The notes under the pieces are model-generated. The model worked only from the letters and a program-made list of their open reading frames with translations, did no database searches and was not told the origin of the DNA. Of a stretch of DNA of 64,000 bases, positions 49,850 to 62,469 are shown piece after piece (position 1 is the stretch's first letter; each line of letters starts with the position of its first letter). The stretch is from Podarcis gaigeae (lineage: Eukaryota). The stretch lies in the NCBI GenBank assembly GCA_964106915.2, contig OZ066916.1. One strand, written 5' to 3'. A program made the translations under genes and the position numbers.

Positions 49850-50187
49850 CTTTTAATAATACCTGAAGGAGTGTCTCCACCCCAATCGTTCAGCCCGGAC
49901 ACTGAGATCCAGACTCTGAGGGCCTTCTGGTGGTTTCCTCACTGCGAGAAGTGAGGTTACAGGGAACCAGGCAGAGGGCCTTCTCGGTAGTGGCGCCCGC
50001 CCTGTGGAACGCCCTCCCATCAGATGTCAAAGAGATAAACAACTACCTGACATTCAGAAGACATCTTAAGGCAGCCCTGTTCAGGGAAGTTTTTAATATT
50101 TAACGCTGTACTGTTTTTAATACTTGATTGGGAGCCACCCAGAGTGGCTGGGGAAACTCAGCCAGATGGGCAGGGTATAAATAATAA

Positions 50188-50230
<43 letters not shown>
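49850..50230 (+). mobile_element. L2-like LINE 3' end with (ATT)n tail
   Basis: RT C-terminal-like RAFSVVAPALWNALP, then GCCACCCAGAGTGGCT stem and (ATT)n. Confidence 0.8.
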
Positions 50231-50232
<2 letters not shown>

Positions 50233-51270
50233 CTGCTACAACGGTATCCTGGAATGTTGAAACCATTCTCTGAGTTCCTCCACCCACAGTGGGCCACTTT
50301 AAGCAAGGGGTGTGTGAGAGAGGCTCTGCCCATCTGTCAGTCACCTGACATCACTATGACATCAGGTGACCCATTTTTCCATAGCACAGCTTGAGATCAA
50401 GCCTTGCTATAAAGGAAAAGCAAAGTCCTGCTTTCAGCAGAGGTCAATTGCTCTATGGAGTTCCCATTGGGGAAGTCCATAGCACAGCCTCCCTAGTTAA
50501 GGAACAATTTTCTAACATATTCACCCCGAGCAGTTAGGATGTTTGTGACATCAAGGCTTAGGGCTGGAGTGTAGCTTACAGGTGACACTCTTAGCTTAGT
50601 AAAAAGGAACTTGAGAATTACACACAGTACAAAATTTTGGAGCAGGCATAGTACAGTATTTAAGATGTGGAAAGAGTTGAGTAGTCTGCATAATTCAGTT
50701 CAGTTTACTCATAAAAGATGTTGGATAACCTGAGGAACACAGACTTTCAAGATAAGGAATTTGAAGCAGCAACAGTAGTCTAATTTTACTTCTTCATTTA
50801 ACCTTTCTTTTTTTAAAAAAAATATATACTATCCTTCATCACAAGATCTTAGGGCAGTTCACTGCATGTGTGGATGTGCATTAAAGATGTGTATATTAAT
50901 CTTTGTTTTTACTGTATTATTTTTGGGATAAAAAGATGCATTTAACTTCAATGTATTCCCAGCATGATCAGGATTCTGGTGTCTGATGTTTTCATAAATG
51001 TTTGTGCCGTTTAACTGATGAAACATCCCACCTATCTAAATGTGAAGAAATGTTGTCTGGATCAGGCCGAATGTCAACTTTTTACATTAGCCAGATCTGC
51101 AAACCATGTGATTACATTGATCTAATTATCCCCCAGATAAAATATTTAGGCGCATGGTGTGAAGGGATATACAAAAGCTAAAGGATATGTGTGGTTTCTG
51201 CTTGATAGGCATGTGATGTAGCGTGGAAACTGTACCTTAGTCTAACTTTTTCCTCTGTTTTTATTTCCAG

Positions 51271-51378
51271 GCAAACAGTAAGATGTCAGCTGCTCAAAAA
51301 GCCCTGGCAAAAGTTGACAAGAGTGGCATGAAAACAATGTCTTCTTTCTTTAGTTCAAAAACTAAAACAACAAAATGA
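51271..51378 (+). CDS. RNASEH2B: RNASEH2B exon 11 with C-terminal PIP box
   Basis: Encodes ANSKMSAAQKALAKVDKSGMKTMSSFFSSKTKTTK*; PCNA-binding motif MKTMSSFF. Total CDS is 939 nt. Confidence 0.95.
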   Translation, partial: ANSKMSAAQKALAKVDKSGMKTMSSFFSSKTKTTK

Positions 51379-54247
51379 GACTTTTGATACAGTAATTATT
51401 TTTGTATAGGCCAGCTTCTTCCTCACTTCTTTCCTCCCCCCCCCCCCCCAAGTTTTCAGATATCCCTTTACTTAAAGTTAGGGCTCAAAAGTAGAAACAG
51501 TACTGTGAAAGTTAATATTGTGTAAAACAAAGTCAGGATAGCCTATTGTAGTTCCCACTGGGAAAACTCATTTTGGTAATTTATCATATCAGCCAGTATG
51601 CTTGTTTATTTAGCACTGTTAAGCTACAAAGTGCACATTGCAATGTAATGTAATGAGGCAAAATAAATTCATTTCTGAAACAGATATTTCTTGTTTCTTG
51701 TCTTTTTAATGGATGTGGATTAGGGAAATGCCAATTGTTTCCTCCTTTTTTTAAAAAAACCTGAACTGGGTTTTCCCCTCCCAAATGGTTTTTGTTGAAT
51801 TTCAAAATATTAACAAATACAAAGTGCTGGGGAAATAAGTTTCTAAGGCATACAAAAACTAAAGAAGATAAGAGTCATTAGGATATAAGAGCTCATTTTT
51901 AAGAAATCGCTTTTCAGTTTTAGGAACTAACGATGTACTAATACTAGACAAATTCTAATATACTTTGCCATTAACATGGCAGTATTTTGCTTATTACATT
52001 AGTGAGCTGGATTTTTTGTTAGCTGCTATGCTTCAGTGTATGGTTAATCTCAGTTTCTCAAGAAAAGTGATGTGACACATGATTAAACGTTTTTTCTCAA
52101 TGTTGTGAGTGATCCTTGCTTCAAGAATATCAGTGATTCTTTCTGTGCAATGAGGACAATTTAAAGGGACATCGTTTTAGAGAGTCTGCTGATTTAAACA
52201 TAAAAGTTTATTAGAGAGAGTTGGACACTTATTGGAAGAAAGTCTCATATACAGTTACACAAGCTGAGGTTGGAGACATCTCCTTATTAGCTAGAATGGA
52301 AAAGTAGCTCTCAGCAGGACTACAAGTTGGCCAAATAATTTTCCATATAGTGACAGTGGATCACATCCAGTGTTGCTGTTCTGGTAAAACAGCTTGTGCA
52401 ACCGAACTTTCCTCTCCCCGTAGCTCCTCCCTCCATCAGTGCATCTTCAAAATCTGTCCCAGCGAGTTAAAGAACCCCCCCCCCCAGAGCAGTTTTTTTC
52501 CTGCCAATGTAAAATAGCACACATTTTGTGTGGGAGTAAATTTATCAGGAAAGATGGGTGTGGGTGTGTACACACTCACACACCGTATTTTTCTGTGTAT
52601 AAGACTAGGTCCCCCCCTTAAAAATAATGTCAAAAATTAGGGGGCGCCTTAGACATGCCGCCATCTTGCCCGATTTTCTTAAATCTGAGTCCCCCAAAAT
52701 AGGCGGTGTCTTATACATGGGGGCGTCCTATAGACGGAAAAGTACGGTGTGTGTGTGTGTTAAAACAGAAGCCAGTAACAATGTTGTTAAACTGATTCTG
52801 TTCATTCAAACAGAGGAACGCCGATACAGTCGTCATGAATCCATTTTCAGCAGAGCCCCTCGTTTACTAAAAGGTGGCATTTTTGTGGGGGAGGGTGTGT
52901 GTGTATTTTAGGTTATTTTTAAAAATTGTGCCAAATGTACCAAAATACTTATGGGAAAAGAGAGCAGTTTGCTGTTTGAAACTGACTTAGAAATACAATG
53001 TTACAAAAAAATGTAAAATGGTGCCTAAAAGCAATAAAATCCAATAGCAATAAAAGAAAATAAAACAGTAAAAAGTATTTTAAAAAATGTTAAACTGACT
53101 GAACTGTCAAAATCAAAGTGTTACAAATACATTTGTTGACAAATCATCTGGGTAATAATATTTATAGATGTGCTTTTTTCTTTCACTAGATGTCTGCTCG
53201 GCACCAGAGGAAGAGATGAAGGGAATGAAAGAAAATGTGGATGCCTTGTTTTAATGTGGAACATTCCTAAAACCATTTTAAAGAAATGCAAATTGTATTG
53301 TTAGAGACTGTTCTCCAGGTGAGATTCGTGGTAGAGCTGGAATTCGATGAGGTCAATTTCCCTTCTGGTATGTGGTTGGCATCTCTCGCTTGAAGTTCTA
53401 GATTTTGATCTAGTACAATTATTTCTTGTCCTTTGAGCAGTTCTGGCTTGGTGCACCTTGTCTGCTTACTGCTTTCTGCTTCCAGCAAATGTATTGAGGG
53501 GCTTGTCCACATGTGAGCATTATTTATCTGTTAATCCACTTTTTCCCATCCAAATCAACTTGGAGTATTCCACACTTGTGCATACTTGAATTTGTTTCTG
53601 AGGAGAAACCACAGTCTTTTGCATTCATACTGAGAGGAGTTTCCTTTTCTGTTTGAACCTGTCTTCTCATTTGTTATTATGCCAGTTAAGTAACAACAGG
53701 GAATGCACACAGATAGCTGTGCACCTTGGGTTTTTTATTTATCTGAAAAATATGCATAAGAAGTGTGCAGTAGGCATAGCCAGGCAATTGTAAATTTGCT
53801 TGTGCAGTTTTCTGGTTTCAGCAAATCTGATGGTTCAGAATTATAAACACACAAAGGGGAAGAGGCTAATGCTAGTGCCATTTCCTTGTGCAGTTTTCCG
53901 GTTTTGTGCAAATGTGAGGGATCAAAAGGAAAAAATATCCTCCCTTCATGAATGTACCAGAAATAGTTACAAGAAAAGAAATGAAAAGACTAAGGAGGCA
54001 GTGAGATGGAAGGGGGTTAGCCGAAAGTGACAATTGATCCATCCACCCCAAACTACCAAAACAAATTATCTGTGACCCTGAATGGAACGGTTTGGAGTCC
54101 AATTTCCAGCAATTTACCAATCAAGATTTGTATTATTTGAGGTTAACGTTCTGGTACTACACAAATTACATGTGAACGCAAACCTACAGCAAACTCTGGT
54201 GTGGGCAAGCTCTAGATAATACTGTTTAATCTTATTAAGGGCTTATA

Positions 54248-54575
54248 CAGTGGTGCCCCGCAAGACGAACACCTCGCAAGACGGAAATCCCACTAGACGA
54301 AAGGGTTTTCCGTTTTGGAGGCGCTTCGCAAAACGAATTTCCCTATGGGCTTGCTTTGCAAGACGAAATGTCTTGCGAGTTCCTGCGGGTTTTTTCTCCT
54401 TTTTCCCCCTTTTCCTAAGCCGCTAAGCAGCTTATCAGCTGATCCGCTAAAAGCCGCTAAACCGCTAATAGTGCTAATCCGCTAAGCTGTCAATGGGCTT
54501 GCTTCGCAAGACGGAAAAACCGCTATACGAAGAGCCTCACGGAACGGATTAATTTCGTCTTGCGAGGCACCACTG
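54248..54575. mobile_element. Tc1/mariner MITE, family B
   Basis: TIR CAGTGGTGCC.CGCAAGACG; TA flanks. Confidence 0.85.
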
Positions 54576-57134
54576 TATAGGTAATTTATTTTCCTTTCTG
54601 AAAAAGCACAACATCCAACCCTTGTGCCTATGGGAGGAAAGGTAACTGAAGGACCACTTGCTCCCAGATAAACTTGCCTGTATGTTTCTGCCTTCAAAAT
54701 GGAGGCAGATGACAACAAGAGACAGTGCCTTTTCTGTGGTGGTTCCCTGGTTGGGGAAAACTCAGAGATACTTGGCTTGTGCCTGCTTCACTAACTTCCT
54801 GAACTTTGAAAGGTTGATATATTATTACTGTTTCTTGAGCTACTTGTACTACTGTTCTGATGGCTGGGTGTGTGCTTCTCTTCTTTATTTTTAGCAATTT
54901 AATGTTAATAATGTGTTGTTGTTTTTACTTTTTTATTGGGTTTCTGCCATGGAAACTTCTGTTGAAAGTTGATATGTCAATTTTAAAAAGTAGTTTAATA
55001 AACCAGGGACTATGCAAAGAACCCTTTACCCTGGATTATTCCCTTCACAATAAAGATGCACTTTTCCCCACACATGATTCCTGTCTTCCCTTAAGGCAGG
55101 TGTTTTGTTGTGGCGATACTGCACTTTCCCCTCAAATCGCATTATTATTTGTTTGAGGAAAATGGAATTTCTAGAAGCTGTGTGCTGTTCCTCTACCCGA
55201 GCAAACTCCAGTGTACCTTATTTAGAAGAAAGTACAAACCATAAAACTTCCCATTGTCTTCCACCAGGTCATCTTGTTTAAATGTGTCTCTGGTTAATTT
55301 TTCTTCAGTTTTTTGGAAGCTATGTCCTGGCTCTGTTTGATAGGACACCTCTATCATCCTAGGCACGTTTATACAGAACTATTTTTTTGTGTTCAAGTGG
55401 GTTTACTCCTTAGAATGGATTTCAGGCCTAGTATTCTTGGGATATCAGGCACCAAAAAGTGTCATGTGCAAATTAAAGTCAAAATGTAAGTGCGATGTGC
55501 TTTGACAGACCATGGAGAAGATTGCACAGCACATCTTTCCAGTTAAGAGTGGCGTTTGTGTTGTGCAATTCTACTCAGTATTGTTCCAGAGCAGATTCCA
55601 ATGTATAATTAGCAGAGTAAAAATTTAAACACATTGCAGGATTCCCCCCCAAAATAGACCAGAGACAATTATATTTCATTCAGCAGAGCTTTATGGCTAC
55701 TGAAGGCAAATGAGCATAATGGTCACAAATCCAATACATTCAGGATTGGCACTGTCCATAAGAAATCCAGTTGCAGCAGACCTAATTTAAACTTACAATA
55801 ACTTATAATGAATCTAAACCTTACCACTGAGCATACTATGTACAGAACACCACACCAGAAGGAAAAGAGATAGAAAGTGAAGGAGTACAGCTCCTCCTGA
55901 AATTTACCTCAGGAAATGGGAAACACCACAGCTTACCCACCTGCCTAACACCCCAGGAACACCTGGCACAGTCATGGCATTAAATAAACAGTGTCAATTG
56001 CTGACAGTTCGCTCTAAGAACTCGATAAGCTATGTGTCTCATCGTTCTTGAGCACCAGCAGAAGTGGTAAATCTTATTTCAGAAAGTGCCAGGAGCTGGT
56101 AATTGGGTCCATGCTGATTCTAAACAAGGGCTTTTGGGAAGGAAAGGTTTTGGGCATACTGAATCACAAGAAAGGTGGGAGAGAGATTTTTAGTCTCTAG
56201 TGCCACCTGACAGGTGAGCTAGTGCACTGCCTGTTGCCCTTTGCTGATTATTAATGGCAGGTTCCCTAAGGAAGCCTGAAGAGAAAGTTGTCCATGTGGC
56301 ATTAAGCCCTTTGTAGTCCCCAAATCGCAGATCAGGAAAAGACTTGCCATCTGCAATTAACAGGGACTTGCTAATGTTTTGACTCTTGAGATGTATGTTT
56401 TTAGGACCTGCCTTATTTTTGTAAAATGTTAACTCATTTTTAAACTGCTTTTAATATTGTATAATAATAATTTTAACATTAATGTTGTGCTTTAATTGCT
56501 GTAACCTGCCATGAGACCTTAGGGTGAAGGGCGGATAACAAATTGTAATAATTGTAATAATAATTGCAGTCAACAACAACAACAACAATTTAAGGGAAAG
56601 ACTCAGACAGAGATTTTGTTGTGAATAAAAAAGTAGGGGTGTGGGGTTTTTTTTTGCTTTATAAATTAATTCCATTGTGTCAGATGTGATTATTCATATA
56701 AATAAATCTGAGATAATTCATCTTGAATTGTGAGAATGGTGATTAAAGCTAAGCCCTGTTTCTGATGGACATTTTATTGTCTATTGTTCTTTGTTGGTCA
56801 CTAGTTACCCAAAGGTCTCCAAGCGACTTAGAACACCCTTTAAAACAATCATAAATATACCATTAAAGAATATATAAGACCCATATCATTCATCAATTAT
56901 GTATTTATGCACATACAGACAAACAGCCCCCTCCCCCAATCACATAGCTTTGCATAGAAAGGAGAACTGTGCTTCTTGTGGCTTCTCTCATCCTAGCCAA
57001 TGTGGCCAAACATTACAAGAAGGAAAGAAGTTTCAAACACACGGTTATGTTCCAAGCTGTGGTGTAGGTAACATGCAGAAGTTCTCTCCTCCACCCCCCC
57101 CCATTGAGTTTTCATTCCTCATATGACCATTTTT

Positions 57135-57244
57135 CTAAAACAGGATGCAAAGTGCTGAGGGAGCCGCACTCTCTGACAAATTAGGAAGTGAGACTTCTTT
57201 TTTCTGCTGTGAATCCTCTCCGCGGGGAGCATCACTTTCAGCCC
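57135..57244 (-). CDS. GUCY1B2: Soluble guanylate cyclase beta-2, last exon with CaaX box
   Basis: tgttag|GG GCT ... TGC ATC CTG TTT TAG; encodes (G)AESDAPRGEDSQQKKEVSLPNLSESAAPSALCILF*. A terminal CaaX motif is known for rodent beta-2. Confidence 0.8.
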
Positions 57245-57526
57245 CTAACAGGTAACCAGGGAGAAGGAAACCAAAGGTGCGAGAAAAACAATAAGGAATA
57301 TTCTAATTTAGAGCGAATTTGTTAGCCATCCTAGAGGTAGCCCCATTATTGTCTGCTGCCGCACGGGAGTACAGTAATTCACATGGGTAATGATAGTTCA
57401 TGCAATATTCCCCCCCCCCAATTCAGTTCAACTCTCATTTTTGAAAGGGAATGTGCATGTTTCTGCATCTAGGTAATCAAAGCGACAACAGTTCCAAGAG
57501 GCAGGGGAAATCGGCAAAAATCCCAT

Positions 57527-57561
<35 letters not shown>

Positions 57562-57978
57562 TAAATGTGCATTTTCCACTGTTTTTTTTTACATTCATCA
57601 TACATACATTGCCCATCACATATCACTTCCCAGTTCATTTCTCCATGGCATTCTATGCAACCCTTATTCTGCATCATATTCTATTATACCATCCAATTTT
57701 ATCTCATGTGTTTCCTTTATTTAATACTTGATTTTTTTAAAAACCCATTCTCTTCCATTGAAGTTCAAAAGCCCTTGCACTTATAGAATTGCACCAACTG
57801 TATCAAGCCTTCATGATTCACTATAGCAGCAGATTTATTTGAGGCCGCTAGAAGTTTTGAGGGATGGTGAGTTTATTCACTTCCCCCCTCCCTCTCCAAA
57901 ATTGGGGAGATAAACATGAGTATGGTAACCAATACTAATCCCACAGCTTCTGTGCATTGGGTGAACATTGTAACAAAC

Positions 57979-58080
57979 CTGCCACATCTTCTAAATGCTC
58001 TGCGTCCCGGGCCGTAAGAGAATCTTCAGCATACTTCATTATTACAACATTCTTGCCATGATCGCTTTCCAAAGTGTCTG
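57979..58080 (-). CDS. GUCY1B2: GUCY1B2 penultimate exon (NAGNAG acceptor)
   Basis: Strong pyrimidine tract; 102 nt open in phase 1, encoding DTLESDHGKNVVIMKYAEDSLTARDAEHLEDVA, then G|gtttgt. Confidence 0.7.
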
Positions 58081-59037
58081 CTTCAACAAAAAAAGAAAAG
58101 GGCTAGTATTGTGTAAATTCTATACAAATTAACACACCTCCTCATAATTCGTTCCTGAAGTCCATGCAACTTCCGAAACCGTTTGAAAACCAAGGCGCAG
58201 CTTCCGATTGGCTGCAGGAGCTTCCTGCACTCAATCTGAAGCCGCGTTGGACATTCGGCTTTGTGAAAAACGTTTGCAAACCGGAACAATTACAGTGTTC
58301 GGGAGCCAATTTGTTTGACAACTAGGCCATTCGGGAACCAAGGTACCACTGTAGTAGTATTTATTAAAAGTCTATCCTGCCTTTCTTCACAAAGGAGCCC
58401 AGGGCAGCAAACAACAAAGCACCAAAACAAACAGCTAAAAATTAAATAAAAACTTAATTAAAGCATTTAAGAACCATCAAAAGTGCATCAGCTTGGAAAT
58501 TCCAGCACCAACATATTGAGGCAGAATTATTATTACTGCATTTAAAAACAACAACAACAACAACTGGAATGCCTGTTTCTCTGTTAGTTTTTGCTTGGTT
58601 TTCTCTGAATTTGAGCTGAGGATTCCATTTTTTGTATCTCACCAGTCAAAGCACATGAGCAAGATTAATCCGTTACGGAAAAGGCAAGTAAGAATCTTGT
58701 GCGTTCAAAAGGCTAATTGTAAGGTGACGTGAGCTTTTAACTGGAGTCTTATTTCAAATCCATGGCGGCCTTGAAACTTGGTAGATTCATTTACAAATAG
58801 AAGCAGTTTTGCACAGCGAGGCTCAAAAATAAAGTGTAGGAAAAACAACGCTTGATTTCATAAGAACTAGGCCAGCCCATGGAACCTAAATCCAAGAATA
58901 TAGAGATGAATACATCAACCTCTTAGTGCAGATACATCACACAATGTAGATAGTGGCGGAGCGATTTCATTTCAGAACTGACACCTTACATGATGCTATA
59001 AATATAAGAATTTCTCTGTCCCTCGACAGACTCACAC

Positions 59038-59198
59038 CATTTCCGTCGCCATTACCAGATGTCTCTTCCAGTCGTCCCATTATTTCATTCTCGGTGGCAT
59101 GGAGGTTTTTCCTCAGAAAATGCGTTGTCATTTTCCCTTTTCCTTTGACCTGTATCTCTCCCCTTTCCACCATCTCAAACACTTGGTGTGATAATGCT
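59038..59198 (-). CDS. GUCY1B2: GUCY1B2 exon, end of cyclase domain (donor ambiguous: 59056, 59038 or 59036)
   Basis: Encodes (R)ALSHQVFEMVERGEIQVKGKGKMTTHFLRKNLHATENEIMGR... Confidence 0.88.
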
Positions 59199-59809
59199 CT
59201 GTTGAGTGCGAGAAGCACAGCAAATGTGGGGCTCACAATTCACCCATTTCCCAAAATCCTCAGGTGTCCAACACCTCTGCCCCTCATGATACTGCCTGCT
59301 CCTCCACCCGATTCCACGCCGCCAAATTCTACCCTCCTTGACGCTTATGCATCTAAGGATGTGTGCACCCCATACCTTTTAAGCATGTTCAGAACGTGTT
59401 TTTCCCCACTCAAGGAATTCTGGGCCTTGTATTTTACCCTTTGTAGAGCTTCACTTCCCAGCAACTCTGAACAAACTGCAGCGCTCAGAATTCTTCGAGG
59501 GAAATAATGTGCTTTAAAGGTAAAGGGTGTACACAGCCCTAACAGAAATTACAAGTGGGACTCACAACAAGTGTTGCCGTGTGGAGCCATGTCCTCTCCC
59601 AAAGTCCACCATTCTATCTTATCTCCACGTCCATCAGCATTCTTTGTCCCCCTGAGCATTCTCAGTGCTCTCTGGCTGTTTACGTGGTGCATGCCTGCCC
59701 CCCCACATTACCGTCCCCCCAAAAATTATTGGTTGTGCTTCTGCATACTCTGCCATCCCCCCAAGCCTGCTGATATTTCCATTTTCTGTGTGGATAGTGC
59801 TCTTTTATA

Positions 59810-60158
59810 GGGATGCGGGTGGCGCTGTGGGTTAAACCACAGAGCCTAGGACTTGCTGATCAGAAGGTCAGCGGTTCGAATCTCCGCGATGGGGTGAGCT
59901 CCCGTTGCTCGGTCCCTGCTCCTGCCAACCTAGCAGTTCAAAAGCACGTCAAAGTGCAAGTAGATAAATAGGTACCGTTCCAGCGGGAAGGTAAACGGCG
60001 TTTCCGTGCACTGCTCTGGTTCGCCAAAAGCAACTTAGTCATGCTGGCCACATGACCCGGAAGCTGTATGTTGGCTCCCTCGGCCAATAAAGCGAGATGA
60101 GCATCGCAACCCCAGATTTGGTCACGACTGGACCTAATGGTCAGGGGTCCCTTAACCT
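59810..60158 (+). mobile_element. Sauria SINE
   Basis: Same family; TSD TAGTGCTCTTTT. Confidence 0.9.
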
Positions 60159-60541
60159 AGTGCTCTTTTGGCAAGATAAGGATCCACTGCCAGAAAATGT
60201 TGCTATTGATCTGCAGTAGGCTTTGGGAACGTTTGGCCCTCCAGATGTTGCTGAACTACAACTCCCATCAGCCCCAGCAAGCACAGCCAATAGTGGGAGT
60301 TGCAGTTAAGCAACATCTAAAGGGCCAAAGGTTCCCCACCCCTGATATATAGAGTGGACAATTGGAATATGACAAAGGCAGTAGTACCCATCAGTAGGTC
60401 ATCTGCTTTGTCCTACAAAAGTTCTCACTGCCTACCCCTGAAGATAATTCGATAATTGATGTGGAGCATGTTAGTGGTCCTAGGGACAGCGCAGATCCCT
60501 AGGTACTGCCAATGTAGAAAAGACAAGAGGAGAATTCTTAC

Positions 60542-60696
60542 CTGAACGTTGTTGGGCTCAGATGGATTTTGTCTGGAAGTCCATGGCTTTCCATCCTAGA
60601 AGCTGTGTTGACTGTATCGCCAAACAAGCAATACCTGGGCATTTTCTCCCCAACCACTCCGGCCAAAACTGGTCCAGTGTGCACCCCAATTCTAAT
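60542..60696 (-). CDS. GUCY1B2: GUCY1B2 cyclase exon
   Basis: 155 nt encoding [51 protein letters not shown](R). Confidence 0.95.
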
Positions 60697-61343
60697 CTGC
60701 TGGCATAAACACAACAAAGGAAAATGCGTTCTCTGTTACAGCTCTAAAAGAAATAGTTGGTTGTTCTTCATTCAACCTCCTGGATTTGTTGCAGTATAAC
60801 AAGACATTTAGCAAGGCCATCATTCAAAAACACTTTCTGCACCACAGCAAACTAGTCGGCTTCCAACTGACTGCAGCATGATGAGAGATAGCTCAGCAAT
60901 GGAAGAACCAGACTGAAATACTCCGGAACATTTGGGAAAGTAATATATGGGATTCTTCTTCTTCTTTGGTGATCACTTGTAGCCAAGTAAGATTGTCTTC
61001 CATGAACACAGTTTTAACAGTGAGTCCTTAATGGGATATAGCAATGTCCGAGTGTCTCACCAGACACAGGAGGGTAATTAAAGGCATAGCTAATAGTGAC
61101 ACCTTCCAACAGTGCTATTTTTCTAGAAAAAAGAGGTGCCAGAACTCACTATGAATGCCTCCCGTGTTCTCTTACAATGGCAATGACAGCCACCTGAGAG
61201 GTGCCGGAACTGAGATCCAGAGTTGAAAGAGAACTGGGAGGTTATCCCATCCAACTGCCTTGCCAACTGCAGGAATTCAGTGGGAATTACTTCTGAATTA
61301 GGCATCCATAGAATCGTGCAATTGAAGTCAAGATCAAATGTAC

Positions 61344-61490
61344 CTGTATAGGCTTATCTGTGAGTGGGTTCATCACTTCTCTTGCAGCTATTCTCATGCC
61401 CAGGGCAAAATTAGCCACCCTTTCAGCATGACTGCTGACAGGCACTGGGATCCCTCCTACAACCATGTAGGCGTCTCCTATTGTTTCCAC
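61344..61490 (-). CDS. GUCY1B2: GUCY1B2 cyclase exon
   Basis: 147 nt encoding VETIGDAYMVVGGIPVPVSSHAERVANFALGMRIAAREVMNPLTDKPIQ. Confidence 0.95.
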
Positions 61491-61903
61491 CTGTAAGGCA
61501 ATAGAGAGACATACTGTAAGGATGGGAAGACAGAAAATTCCTTGGCCAACACATGCCATGACTGCTCCCCACTTTCCTGTCCCACGCAGAGAGATGTCCT
61601 ATTTCACCTATAGCTCAGGGGCTGCTCTCATGAGGGTCCACAGCCAGTTGCCCCATTTAGCAAGGCTTATTAATAAGCACACAACATTTCCTTGGCTCCA
61701 GCTGGGATTTCTACATTGCAGGGGGTTGAGCCAGATGACTCTTGGGTCTCTTCCTACTCTATGTTTCTATGTGGGCAGTGTTGGATGGAGACATTAATCT
61801 GTCCCGGATAGTTAACATAATAACATAATGTCCCGGATAGTTAACATAATCACCACCACCACCACAATTAAAGGGTTGCACTAGTGCAGTTTATCCTCTA
61901 GGT

Positions 61904-62038
61904 CAGGCATAGGCAAACTCAGCCCTCCAGATGTTTTGGGACTACAACTCCCATCATCCCTGACCACTGGTCCTGTTGGCTAGGGATGATGGAAGTTGTA
62001 GTCCCAAAACATCTGGAGGGCGAGTTTGCCTATTCCTG
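61904..62038. mobile_element. Palindromic hAT MITE
   Basis: CAGG...CCTG ends, near-perfect hairpin, 8-bp TSD CTCTAGGT. Confidence 0.88.
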
Positions 62039-62320
62039 CTCTAGGTAGCAGGGGAAATATTTACAGGAACAAAAGGAGGCAAGAATACTGGCATTCTGCA
62101 GAGGGAAATGATATGAAGGAAAAACTGGTCTGGAAAGGCTTGACAGTTTAATGTTTTTGACAAGTTAATAGTCTTCAGTTTTCATTCTCATCCTTGTGTC
62201 CATCATTCTAAAACAATTTTTCATAGCGATAGGGCTTGATACAACCAGCTATAAACATCAAGATGAGCAGGAAAGGCAGAATAAGTGATGAAAATGTGTG
62301 TAAATTGCAAGAACGCTTAC

Positions 62321-62469
62321 TTTATAAACACCGTGGACACTAGTTAGCCGATCAAATCTTGAGTACATGGAATTAAGCATGTTCACTATCTGAATAGGTT
62401 CACAGGCAGAGCAGATGTTTGTGAAGGTCACGACATCACTGAAAAGTATTGTGCAGCAACTAAAATCTC
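62321..62469 (-). CDS. GUCY1B2: GUCY1B2 cyclase exon (upstream exons lie beyond the window)
   Basis: 149 nt encoding (G)DFSCCTILFSDVVTFTNICSACEPIQIVNMLNSMYSRFDRLTSVHGVYK. FSDVVTF is beta-2 type; the gene is tail-to-tail with RNASEH2B as in human. Confidence 0.94.

Noticed and set aside
56180-56275. Alternative GUCY1B2 last exon after an acceptor-like ctcttcag
   Set aside because: Only about 28 codons with no motif; more simply 3' UTR or intergenic sequence.
58953-59507. 184-aa plus-strand ORF
   Set aside because: Antisense shadow of a GUCY1B2 exon plus intron sequence.
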